Positions 13,601 to 26,237 of a stretch of 64,000 nucleotides of DNA are shown one piece after another. The first letter of the stretch is position 1; every line of letters starts with the position of its first letter. Position numbers and translations under genes: made by a program. The DNA is from Tricharina praecox (taxonomy: Eukaryota). The DNA is taken from NCBI RefSeq assembly GCF_024521635.1, contig NW_026250416.1:372001-436000 (forward strand), read 5' to 3'. The notes under the pieces are model-generated. The model saw only the letters and a program-made list of their open reading frames with translations, ran no database searches and was not told the DNA's origin.

Positions 13601-14970
13601 GGCCCACCACCTCTCTTGAGTGTGGCAGCAGCGGCAATGTGTCGAGCAAATGACGATGGCGATGGCGATGGAAATGGGGGGTGGGTCTTTTCTGGCGGTT
13701 ACGCGGGGACCTCTATGGGGCTGTAGAGCAGAGGAGGAGGAGTACATATGAGTACACAGGAGGAGGAGGAGGAGGCGGAGGAAGGGGGGGTGCGGCAGTG
13801 GGTGCGTGCAGATGTGATTAGACGTTGAATTAGGGTTATCAGTTCTGCAACAAGCAAGACACCAAAAAGACGTCACTCGTGTAAGGGAAGGCCTGGACTT
13901 GGAGCCTGGGGGGGGGACATGACCAGAACTCTAGAGTGGGAGGTGGAATGATGGTTGGTTGGTTGTGCCGCGCGCGCGAGCGGGGGGGGGGGGAGGACAG
14001 GGCGGGGGGTGCGGGACCACAAAGGAATAGCCCGTGTCCTGATAAGGCTTTTTCCCAAAGTGGAGGAGAGCTAATGATCACGGAGTCTTATCTGTGGGTT
14101 TCTGCGCGTGGGTTTCTGCTAGCTCCTCTATTATGTAGGGACCCACCGAGGGAGGGACCCACCCACCGAGAGAGGGACGGACCCCACACAGGGACGGACC
14201 CCCCCCCCCCCCCATCTCCAACTCTTGTCTTGGGATCTAGCCATCCAACCGCGTCCGCCCTTGAGCCAGCGTGCGGATCCAGCTGGCTGTCGGCTCCTCG
14301 ATTGATTCCCAGGATAAGCCGTCCATAGTGCTCTGCGTGGGTGATGTGCGGTACTCATAGAGCATGTACCACTGCCACTACAGATGCAAGATACAGCGTG
14401 GGATGCGGGTGGTATGTGGTGGAAGATCCTGTATGTTCGTACATACGTAGCTGTGGTGAGACGGCTCACAGATTCTGTAGGGTAGGTTATTGTGTCGGTC
14501 CCTCAAAACAGGAAAAGAAAAGGAAGGAAGGAAGGCGCGTCGTCGTCGGCGTCGTCGTTGCTCTGGCTGCGGTGGGGCTGCACCATCGTCAACGCCGAGT
14601 AATCGGGACAAGCCTTTTGCTTTCTGCACCCTGGACGCACGCACGCCCATGACATCGGGGGGCGATTCGAAGGCGCGAGGGGTGATTGAATGGAGTTGCA
14701 TTTCCGACGGCGGGGGTTTCGAATTCCCACCACCACCACCACCACCACCACCATCACCACCGCCACCACCATCACCACCACCCGATCACGCACACCTTGT
14801 CCCTCGGTGATGCTCGGTGACTTCAATCTAACACACCACATGTCATCTTAGCTCGGAGCGCTGTGCTCCTCAATGCTGTGTGTGGGGAATAAAAAAAAGA
14901 GAGAGCTATCGAATCGCATAGTCAGTACACACCTCTAGTAGTGCGAGCTTAAACCAAACTCCCAGCGGAG

Positions 14971-14977
14971 TATAAAG
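14971..14977 (+). promoter_or_regulatory. TATA box of the 114-aa microprotein gene
   Basis: TATAAAG ~195 nt upstream of the ATG at 15165, followed by a C/A-rich leader. Confidence 0.6.
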
Positions 14978-15164
14978 AAGGTCCCGCCTCCCACCTCCAT
15001 TACTATCCATCATCCACCAGCACTCCAGTCCAACACTCCACCACCAAAGCCCAACACCTCATACACCGTCTTCGCCTCGTTCCCGCCAGAACCCCGCATT
15101 CCCAGCTCCGCCCACTCCCTCACAAACAAACACCCCCCAAACCCCTAATCCCCCGCACATCACT

Positions 15165-15509
15165 ATGAGCTCCAACGGCATCACCAACGCCACCATTGCG
15201 CAGAAGGCCGGCATCCGCCGCCCCAACCAATTCCTGTGCCTCACTCCCGTGCAGAGCGCGAGCTACCCCAAGGCGCCTCCCAAGTCGCCCGAGATGGTCC
15301 CTTCGTCGATCCCGAACTCGATCCTCGAGGTGGCGCCCATGTCGCCTCCCCTCTCGCCCACCGACAGCGAGCTGAAGCCTGTGCCGTCCTACGCCCACCG
15401 CAAGAGCAGCGTCTCCTCCATCGGCGGCGAGAAGCAGCGGTTCCTGAAGATGAGCCCCGTCTTCTGGGGCGGCATCCCCGGTGAGGATGACTTCGCCATC
15501 GAGGACTAA
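15165..15509 (+). CDS. Small Ser/Pro-rich hypothetical protein (114 aa)
   Basis: Strong C/G-ending codon bias, TATA box, C-rich leader and U-rich trailer. The C-terminal RKSSVSS...RFLKMSPVFWG resembles a motif I recall from uncharacterised ascomycete small proteins (unverified). Confidence 0.85.
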   Translation: MSSNGITNATIAQKAGIRRPNQFLCLTPVQSASYPKAPPKSPEMVPSSIPNSILEVAPMSPPLSPTDSELKPVPSYAHRKSSVSSIGGEKQRFLKMSPVFWGGIPGEDDFAIED

Positions 15510-18285
15510 GCGTCTCCGACCACAACATCCGCAAACACATAAAAATGGGCAGCATTGTCTCGGTATCGATTTCGGTTACGGCGTCTTTCTTCTGTTGCGT
15601 CCGAGGCGGTTTTTATCTCGGCTGGGTTGGGTTGGGTTGGTTCTGCTTGGGTTGGTTGGTCTGTCTGGGTTGGGTGTGAAACGGATACTTTTCTTTGGTT
15701 TTAGGGTCATCTGTCTGTCTGTCTGTCTACTGGGCTGTTTTTCTGTCTCTGTCTATGTCCATGTCTCTTGTCCGTCTGTATTTACGCGTCCCGTGCGTCC
15801 ACTGGGGGTGGTACCTATATTTTTGATAAAGGAGTTTTTTTTCTTTCTTGTCTGATATCGTCGCTTTGTTTCTTCTTCTGCTTCTCTATTGATACCGTAT
15901 TCTAACTACTACATTGATATTGATATTGATTTGTCGGGTCCGTTTTGTGACTTTTTCGGTTGATATCGGGCTTTCTGAAATCTCCAATCTTGTGCATGCA
16001 AACAAAACCACCTGTCTCCGACTCCCCCGTCTCCCAGTCTCGTCCCGTTTCAATCCTGCTTCGGGAAAAAAGAAAAAAGATCATCCGACTATGTTTACCC
16101 ATATGCAAGTATATATTAACGTTTCTTGTATGGACGTTCTTGTTTGTACCGTTTTGGTCCGGTTAACTACGGTTTGGTGAATGGAACGGAATGCCCATGG
16201 GCGCTCATATGCACTCTACATTGTAGCCTCATACTGTCATACTTTATTTGATTACAACGTGCACCTGTCGTGCACCCGCCGCGCCGGGTTGATGGAACTT
16301 GACAGCCAGCCAGCTCCCGACGCACATCGATTCGGCGGAAGTCGGGCGTCGTCGACGACGGCTGTCGTCGGCGCTGGCTGTCGTCGTACTTTACATACAT
16401 ACGCCGGGGGATCGAGGGTAGTCCAGCATGCACCTAGGTATTCCAAGTAGCGGAACGGGAGCGAAGGAGGGAACCGGGGCCGGAACCGGGGCCGGAACCG
16501 GGGAAGTAACGGGGCCTAAAAAATTGCGGGGAATCGCGGGGGGTCGCGGGGGATCGTGGAAGCATTTAACACAGCCTGCATCATAGGGTACTCGTTCGCA
16601 CGACGATCCTCCGAACCCGGGCCCTATGTACATAGAATCCCAGACACGAACCATGGATCGGCTAAGCGCCAGCCAGCCAGCCACACCGAGTCATGACTTA
16701 CGACTCACGCGGAAACGGAAACATGGGTAGGTAGGTGTTGCGCGGATCATGGGGATTAGGCGGATGTGGCGCTGGATGATGGAACGGCTTCGCTTTGATA
16801 CCGTACCTACATAACTCCTAACTTCCTACCTACTAGACCGCGGTGAACGTAGTGGAATCCAAAAATTCCCACATGATCCCAAGTTCCCAAGTTCCTGTTT
16901 TGCGAACGTGGAAATACCCGCAAACCAGGAGTATTACCGTAGCATCATTTCTCTACAGTAGGTGCCATTGACTTTCGTTGCACCCTTTCCACCTATTTAG
17001 CGACCTCCGACGAGTACGACCAACTGGCGAGACTGATTCGATTGACTAGGTAGCAAGCAATAAGAAACCAAAATTAGCTTATGTTCTTCGGACTGAACAA
17101 CCACAAAGTACCTTTGCAGTGTTGATAATAATGCCTGATGTCTTATGTTTTATGTGTTGGATAAGAGACCGACCCACTACCTAGACGAACATAAAAGCAG
17201 CAACAGAGAAGTTAGAACATTTCAACGTTGAGGCCACCCCATCGGCCGGGTCTGGCCACGAATCCTACACTATGATACTGCTATGTACCGTATCCCACCT
17301 ACTACCTACTACCTGCTACTTACTACCTACTACGGACTGACGGACTTACTGTGGAGTACGATAGATACCGTACTATGCTCTACAGTACTCTATTGCATAT
17401 ATAGGGTACATGAGTTACCTAGGTGGTATATACAGAAAGTATTGGCATCGCGATGACCGATCGTCGATTGATTACAGATGCAGCCAGCGACCAGTCGTGT
17501 CTGTTTTCTTGTTGATCGGTTCGCACCGTATTCGCGCACATCTGGTCGAGAGTCGGGACGGGTACCATAGTCGTGTAGTAGATACCGGTATGTAGTAGCA
17601 GTAGCAGTATGAAGTGGTAGTGGTAGTGGTAGTAGTAGTATGCAACTGTATCCCCTCGCAAGCTCGCAGCCCTGCTGGATGACCCCTCCGTAACTGTTAC
17701 CTACTATCACACATGTGATACCGCAGTTGTGCATCAGGGAATCACCAAGCGGTGCCTAGGAATGTACATAGAGAAGGTATGATAGCTCATCTCCCGTCTT
17801 CGCCAGCCCCAAAGAGACGAGGGATCTTCACGCCTGCAGACTGCAGTGCTCCTCCTACTACGTACTACCGGTATGTACTACTACTTTTACTACTTCTTCA
17901 CACCCGATGACTCGCTCGCTCATGCTTTCACTCACTTTCCTCACTTCACTTTCCTCACTTTCCTCGCCTTCTTCCCTAGCCTGTCCTCCCAGGGCCACAT
18001 CCGTGCTCGAGGCAGTTGTCGAATTGGATATGCTAGTAATTGACTCGAGCTCCAAGAGGTGGTGAGTTGATGTGAGTGAACAACGGCACGAGGGCTAGTT
18101 GAGACTTGAATTATCGGGTGTATCTCCGCGTTGAACCTCTAATATCGAGCAGTAATTAAGGATTTCGAGCATCTATTCCTTCGTTCGGCAGGGGGATTCG
18201 CTACAGCCTACGGGTGGTGGTGGCAGCGGGGGGAAGGGATCGGGGGAGACGGGGGTACTGCCGATGGCAGCTGGAGGATGGTGCG

Positions 18286-19126
18286 GAGTGAATGGGTGCG
18301 ACCAGACTGAATGGGTACGGCGAGAGTGAATGGGTTTTTTTGTTTCATCATCGTAGCGTTCGACCTTTGCAGATCATGGCTGTATACACCCAGTTCCATC
18401 CCACTGTCTCTGACCGCTGGCCGAGAGCTCGATGTGGGTTCCCTATTGTTCTCCACCCGGCCCATCCGCATATAAAAAGGAAACACGGAAAGAAAGAAGA
18501 ACTGTAAAAAAGGAAAGACAGAGAAAAGAAAGACAATGAGGTGACAAATGAAAAGCGACAGTCTTTCTCCAAACCCCACATCAAAGCTCCATTCTCTCAG
18601 CCAACTCCTCCAACCAATCTAACGCCTCATCTCTTCCTGAGTATGCCGGGATCTCCGCCCGACTAGCCCGTACTTTTTCCTCCGCTCTTGCTCTCACTGC
18701 GTCCCAGTCTACCACTCTTCCCGAGGCTCGGGTTGGGGGTTGGGGTTGGGGTGTCTAGTGCTGGCGGTGCGAGGTTTGGGGGGGTGGGGAGGAAAAGATG
18801 TTCCCCAGCCTGTCGCCTCCCTTCTGCTGCCGCTACTCTCTCCGCTGCCGCCGCTCTTGCTCCTTATCTCTGTTCTTCTGCTATGGGGTAGGTGGGATCC
18901 GCCGCTGCCGCTGCCAAGTCAGAGGTCTGGCTCGGAAATTCTTGTTGCTCTACCCCGATGGGGGGCAGAGTGAATGGGCGCAGCGTGAATGTGAATGGGT
19001 GCGGCTAGAGTGAATGGGTGCGGCTAGAGTGAATGGGTGCGGCTAGAGTGAATGGGTACAGCGAGAATATATCTAGCGAGAATAGGCGCTAGCACACCAG
19101 TGACCAGCTGTGTTTCATCACCGTAG
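18286..19126 (+). repeat. Two directly repeated arrays of a 19-bp unit (GAGTGAATGGGTGCGGCTA), each followed by TGTTTCATCAYCGTAG
   Basis: Units at 18286/18305/18324 and at 18968, ~18989, 19008/19027/19046; shared tail at 18341 and 19111. Confidence 0.85.
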
Positions 19127-19226
19127 TACACGGTAGTATCGGCCACAGCACATTCCCTCAATCGCACCTCACTGCGAAGTGAATTCGAGTAGTTATGGCT
19201 GGGCTACGTTTTTCTACCGTGAACAG

Positions 19227-19274
19227 GATATCACTCGACTTTTTGCAAGTTCTTGCAAACGGTCGAGTGATATC
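19227..19274. repeat. Near-perfect 48-bp palindrome
   Basis: GATATCACTCGAC-TT-TTTGCAAG-TT-CTTGCAAA-CG-GTCGAGTGATATC: 13-bp and 8-bp perfect stems. Confidence 0.9.
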
Positions 19275-22200
19275 TCAGGTTTCCCGCATATGTTATCACT
19301 CGGTTTTGTTTCTTTAAGTACGAAATGAAGATTTACGGCGGAAACGAATGTGCTGTTGATTAGATGCTGTCTTGACGACGCATGATATCACAGAATGGAA
19401 GATTTCCCCGCAGAAGGCTAATGCGAATCCATGGGAATTGTGGATTTGGTGAAGCGGCTGAGCCAGTTGGAGGTATCATATCACTGTGTAAACTGCCACA
19501 TAGACGATAGGCCTCGAGGGCAGGACGAAAGGCAGGACGAAATGCGGAGCAATGCTATTATCTCCTCTATTATACTATCGTCCGAACGGGCTTAACTACC
19601 ATATCACTCTTCTGGCGTCTTGATGCAATACAGTAGGCATTGACGAACCACCACCACTGCCACCACCACCAGATTGTTCTCGGAATGATGGCGGTTCTGT
19701 CCCATTCCCAGTTTCGGCTGTCGGTCTGTCTGACGGTCTGTCGGACAGTCGGTGGTTCGCACCCGCACAATGCTTTTTTCTTTTCTTCTTCTTCTTTTGA
19801 CGAATATCACAGTAAGCAGGTACGATAGACACGCGCGCGCGCCGTTTCGCGAAAAATATCCTCCGTACGGCGTAAGCAAGTTAGCGCTCGCCGGCAGCTG
19901 CGCATGTGGAGTAAGCAGAGCGATGCAAAACAAAAAAGACCCGTATCTATATATGCCGTTGGGGGTGTAAGCATCCACTGCGCGCGTTGAACCCATTGTG
20001 CGCGAGCGGGAGGAATAGAGGCGAGGAATTTGTTTTTGCAGCCTTTCATTGTTCAAACCTCACTTTCCGAAAGCGAAAGCGCAAGCAAAGCACGAAGGGA
20101 AAACAAAGGAAACAAAGAAACCAGAGAAACCAGAGAAAACAAAGAAAGGAAATCCACCTTTTCTCTTGAGTCTTTCAACATCCCCTTTTTGGATATTGAA
20201 ATTGATATTGAAATCAATCCCTGAATTCCTGTCACCTGAGCTCGCCGCTCGGTCGTATATGTAGCATCGCTACGGTACCGGTACTCTGCGGATAGGTAGG
20301 AAGTTAGTCATATCTACCATCGTCGAGTCCAGTCCAGTCCAGCCGGCCGTTTGTGGAGTTCGAAATTCAAATTTGTGGAGCCGTACCCAGAGCCGTATGT
20401 AGACTCGCAGTGCCGAAATTAGGATATTACATAGCATAGCATATCTAGGATTCTAGGTAGGCAGGATGCTTCCCCCGTCCCGTCACCCACCGCGATCGGC
20501 TCACGCAATGCGCTTATTTCCGTCCGCCGTGGACCGTGGTACATAGCGTAGAGTACATAAGCGTTGGTTGCATCCTTCCACCGGTATTGCGAACGCGAGT
20601 CCGCCGACGTCGTCTGTAGGTTGACGCTTTGCCTCCGGTATGTAGCGGAGCAGGAGGAGGAACGGCTTCAAATTTCATTTCCACAAACACAAGCCTGTCT
20701 ACCGGTACGTACCGTAGAGTAGAGTAGAGTAGGTACATACCTTCTTCCGAGCTTAAACTCGTATCTACTACTATTGCTAGTAGGCATACCTAGGATTTGC
20801 CGTACGCGCGTTACATACAGTCAAGACTCAATGGCTTCTTGCATACCTACGCATTTACGCCTCGTGCTGCGTCGTTTGTATGATTGAGTGTGATTGTATC
20901 CCGTGATCCACTGCAGCCATACATAAATATCTAGGAGCAAATGCATCGTGAACGCGCCGCGGTTATTGGCCCTAGCGAAATAACCAAGGGAGGGAGTGGA
21001 AGTCTGGGAGATCTAGAGTAGGATTACTAGAGTATGCATGCAGTTAGTGTGGGGGGGGGGGGGGGGGGTGGGCGAGACTTGGTGTGGCAGGCTGGCAAGC
21101 AGGCAGCAACCGTAGATTTTCGTTGGCGGAGACGGGCCGAAGGGGGAGGGTGAAGGGGGGAAAGGAAAGTGTCATGATTTCTTTCTTTCTTGCCTCCAAC
21201 CGCGACGGCCTCCCGGAGGCCACAAGAGAGAGAGAGCGAGAGAGCGAGAGTGAGAGATCCAGGCCCTGGAATGTGATGCAGCCAGGCAGCCAGGCAAGCA
21301 GGCAACTGCGGTACCTATGGTAGACGGACAGCGGAGGCGGCTGTTACCTAGGTAGCATAGCATAGATTTTAGGACCTCCGGCGCTTGGCAGTCGCTTGCG
21401 GATTTTTCATGGGTTGGGATCGAGAGCAGGGGGGATTGATTGGGGAGGGTGAGGGGAGCCGGGGGGGAAGGAGTGGACAATTGGACACTACCATGGACAT
21501 TGGACACTATGGATTTTGGACCGGGGGAGAGGAGGAGGAGGAGAGGGAGGAGGAGAGGCGGGAGGGGGTCGTGGGATTACGGTACTGTTTGGCGCTCGCT
21601 CTTGTCCCGTTTTTGCCTTCGTCCCAATTGACTACCGGAAAGTTCCTACAAGCTCTTTCTCGGTTGTGCAATGCACGGAGACTCACGAGACGAGGCGGGC
21701 GGCCAGCAGCAGTTTGCTCGCCCTTCCCGCGCCGTGTGTTTTACTTCTGTCCTTTTCGAGCCCTACTTCAATATTCTACATACGTCCAGTTCGTGATTCA
21801 TCAGCTTCAACGGCGATGCAGAGAAGGGTTGCGGTTTGGCGGTTGACGGTTGGTGGTGGTTGCGAGCACGAGTTGAGTTGAATGACACGCGGGGCAGATG
21901 TGGAAGTGCTAGCTATTACGGCACTCTGAGGGCACACGAACGCAATCTGGAGATACGCAGCAGCAGCATCAGCAGCTGCACCGAAGATTGCTCCGGAGGA
22001 GGCACCTTCAACCCAAGCATCAATGTCTCCGCCGTAGTCTGCTACTCAAAATTGGCTGCTGGTCTCTTGCCAGTGCTGACTGATGACGCTACTACGCACA
22101 CCCGGTCATTAAATCTTCGTATGCAGATACACAACAGAGTACTCCACTGAAATGTGACCAGATAGATTACCTCGATGGGGGTTGACGGGATCTCTGCACC

Positions 22201-23949
22201 AACCCGCATCGTCCAAGGGCATGAACGTGAGTTCGAAGTTTGCGATGACGGTTATCGTCGTGTTGTGTCCGCGATGAAGGTTATCGTCGCGGAGAGGCCG
22301 TGTTGTTTCCTGGCCTCTTTGTCTCTGTAACTCGGCTCGAATCGGCGGAGAAGCGCTCCAGATGAAAGACCCTCCCTTTTGTCTCTCTCTCCCGTTCTCC
22401 CCCAGACCTTATGCGCTAGATCTGAGAGCGACGGCCGCTACTCTACCGTCGCCGGCGGGCCAAAGAGCGGACTGGACCCGGATGGTGCCCGTTCGTTCGT
22501 GCGTTCCCCCGTTCCCTCCTCCCTCCCTCCCTTCCTCGGGTTTGGCGCCGGAGCGAACATTGCCTGGCGGTGGTGATCATGGCAACTCGCATTGCATGGG
22601 GCGGAGATGGTCGACTATTGGAATTGCATATGTATGTCTGTAGAGGCATGTGGTGTATGCGCACGTCTAGTTACTCGACTCTAGTGACCCCAAACCATAG
22701 GGGAGAAGCAGATTGGCTGGTCGAGTAAATCATCGTCGTCGTGGGGCACTGGTGGACACACTCGGGAAGGAAACACAATGCACACACCAGACGTCTCGAT
22801 TACCTTCTCTTACCGCCCTTTATTCCCCCACACACACCACACACACTCACACATCTCGCTCGCCCGCTTCACGCTCTCCCCTTCTCCCCTTCTCCCCTTC
22901 TCCAGCCCCCAGCCACTCGATAGTTTTTTAGCCGTACAAAGAGAGAAATTCGGATCTGGTCGTTGCTGTTGGGCATTGCCGCTGGGACCCTATACATCCC
23001 CAACTACTCATTAAACTCCCCTACCAAATCGCCCAGCACTAGAGTACCATCACCAACCCAACCCATAACCCATAACAACTGCTAACTAACTGCGAACTGC
23101 TAACTGCTAACTGCATTGCTGCTGCTGCTTCTGCTGCTTCTGCTGCTGCTGCCACACCCCCATCAACCACCCTCCCCCCCATATTCCATATCCAACTCCG
23201 TCGATCCTCTCCCCCCATCGCCCATCTTCTCCTCCACGTCGCCTACTCCTCCCCTCGTTCTCTCTCCTCGCCGCGTCGTCCGTCGTTTCTTCGAGTCGTC
23301 GTTGACCCTGATACCTTCTTCCCGCGTCCAGCACAATCAATCCCACTTCCCCACCCCCTTCCCCCATTCCCTCCGCCTCACTCCCGAAAACCCGCACCGA
23401 AGGTATCAGATCAGATCAGTGCTTGCCTGCCGACCCGAACTCTCGCAGCACGCAACGCAGAGGAAGCAACGGCGCGGTCGCGACTCGAAGGTCGACAGAC
23501 AGACAGTTCGCCGGGGGCCCCCCCTAGTTACTTACTTCTCTTGGATCGACGATCCGGGCGCCTACTCTACTCACCTTTTCTCTCCCTTTCACCTTGGAGA
23601 TTTCTCTCTCTCCACCACCTTCACTGTCGGGTTCTTACAGTTTTCGTTCCTTTCTCTTAAATAATTTTCAGTCATCATCTTTTATCTAGCCGTTTTATCC
23701 CTCTCTCAAGGGGGAAAAATTCAAGACTGGCAGTCGGCGTTTTGAGAGAGCACACATATCATCCTTCCCCCACACACTCACACACACCCACACCCGCACC
23801 CGCTTCCCACCCCCCTCCCACTCCAAGGAAGAAAGAAAGTCTCGCCGGAAAAAAAACAGAAGCAGGAAAAGCAGGAAAGAAGGAAGAAGAAGAACAGGAG
23901 GAAGAAGGAAGCACGAGCAGAAGCAGAAGCAGCAGCCGACACTGCAGCG

Positions 23950-26237
23950 ATGGATCATCATAATCAGCCGCACAGCGGGCACGCGACGGGCGCCGGGTCC
24001 ACTCCTCCTCCACCCTCCTCTGCCGACGTACCAAATCAACTTCAATATGGTGAGAGCTTCTTCACAGAAAAACCCCCCAATCCTCCTATCATTATGTGCA
24101 TCCCGTAGTCGTTGTACTTTATCGCTCGCTCTGTACACGCTTTTCCCACTCGTCGCTGCCGCTGCTGCTGCCCTCTGCAATTCCACTCCCACACGGAAAG
24201 CAAAGCAAAGCAAGCACAGAGCAGCCAACTCCTCCTACTACTGCTCCTGCTAGTCGGCTCGCGCTATCCACCCACAACTCTACTTATGCGAGTCGACCCC
24301 CCGTTGCCTGCCCAATTTGCTAATCACAATCCCGCCCGCCCATTCAGATTCAAAGGCTCAGCCCTCTGCTCCAAACCACCCCCCAGCTCGCTCTTCTTCC
24401 ACCCAGCCCCCCCAAGCTGCTCCTAATGCCATATCGGCCGACGACTTCGCCCCAAATTCGTCAAACCCTCCTCCTCCTCCGTCCGCTTCGACCGTCGCCA
24501 CCACCGACGTCGCTTCAACCGCCTCGGCTATCGCCCACAAGGGCGCTGCGTTAGCTGTCCCCGCCCGAACTTCATCGACGAAAATGTCGGATCCATCTCC
24601 AACGTCGACCGCCAGCACCGCTGCCGCCGCCATGAGCGATAATCAGTCGACCAGCAGCAAGCGCAAGCGAAGAAGAAAGGAGGGCGAGGGCGGTCCGGAC
24701 AGTGTCAAGTCCGGCGGCCGAACACGGAAGCCTGGAGGAATTGGGCGTTTGTTTACCGTCTTCCTCTGCTGTCGGAGCAGTGCTACAGCAGACGATGACG
24801 CGCAACCAGCTTCACGAACCGCGAACCAGAAGCCTGAGTCCTCCGTTCCTGCACGAGTCTCGACTCCCGTCAAAGAACAGACGAAGCCTCCTGCTCCTAT
24901 TCCTGCTCCTCCGCAGAACGTCGTGGGAACCGCAGCTCCTCGGGATGCTGCTGCGACGACAACGACGACAACGACGACAACGACGGCCGAAATCACCGAG
25001 AAGAGTCAGGTGGTGCAGAAAGGCCCGTCAAAGTCCCTCGTGACCGCCGGTGCCCCTAGCGGGCACGAGAGAGAAGTAAGGGAGACCGTTCCCGAAGTGA
25101 AGGTGGGCGACTCGGCCCCCGACACCCCCACCACCCCGACAACAGTGGTCCCGCAAGCACCCATCACCGTCGCGATTCAATCGCCGACGCCCACCGTATC
25201 TGCCAACGATAGAGACATCGGAGCTCTGCCGGAAGCACCCGTACCACCCCCACAGCCTCAAGCCGATGAGACCGATATGTCGGACTCGGACACCATCGAC
25301 GATGCGACCGGTGAACCGTCCGGTCGGAGCAAGGAAGAAGTCGCGACACGGTCCGTTCCGTCGTCGTCGTCGACCGAAAAGGAGGATATTGAGATGGTTG
25401 CAACCTCGAACGATGACGTCGATGAGCTTGCCTCGCACGCTGCTACCGCCGCGTTGACTCAGAGCCAGCCCGAGAAGGCGAGACAGTCATGGCTTCTTCC
25501 CCCTCTGCGACCCGAGTTCGAGGGCAAGAAATGTTTGGTTTTGGATCTCGACGAAACATTAGTGCACAGTAGTTTCAAAGTGAGTGGCTCTGTGGATGGT
25601 GGGAGATTTGGGTTTTTGGTTATCAGGGCGTAGTTTTACTGACTATGTGATACAGCTGTTGCATCAAGCCGACTTTACGATTCCCGTTGAAATCGAAGGC
25701 ACGTATCACAATGTCTACGTTATCAAGAGACCTGGAGTCGATCAGTTCATGAAGCGCGTGGGAGAGTTGTACGAGGTTGTGGTATTCACCGCGTCCGTGT
25801 CGAAGGTTTGTTTCTACCCCCCCCCGCCCAGGCGTTCTTGTTTCGTTTAGGCTAATTTTTTGTCAGTACGGTGACCCACTCTTGGATCAACTCGATATCC
25901 ACAACGTCGTCCACCACAGGCTGTTCCGGGAGAGCTGCTTCAACCACCAGGGGAATTATGTGAAGGTAATTCGATAATGTGATGGAATGGAACGCGTCCG
26001 AACTTTGCTAACTTTGACGCGTAGGATCTTTCTCAGCTGGGCCGGGACCTCAAGGACACCATCATCATCGATAACTCCCCCACGAGTTACATCTTCCACC
26101 CACAGCACGCTGTTCCGATCAGCAGCTGGTTCTCGGACGCCCACGACAACGAGCTCTTGGACCTGATTCCGGTCCTCGAGGACTTGTCCGTCAGAGATGT
26201 GAACGATGTCAGCTTGGTTTTGGACGTTTCCCTATAA
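23950..26237 (+). CDS. PSR1: Psr1/Scp1-family (NIF/FCP1-homology, HAD) protein phosphatase; exons 23950-24049, 24348-25579, 25656-25805, 25867-25965, 26025-26237
   Basis: Catalytic [12 protein letters not shown], plus [22 protein letters not shown] and [14 protein letters not shown]. Four GT-AG introns keep the frame. Long disordered N-terminus with an FLCC motif (possible palmitoylation site). Confidence 0.93.

Noticed and set aside
21051..21072. 18-G run and other G-tracts (13160-13200, 13980-14010) as functional G-quadruplexes
   Set aside because: Homopolymer runs are common throughout this repeat-rich intergenic DNA; nothing indicates function.
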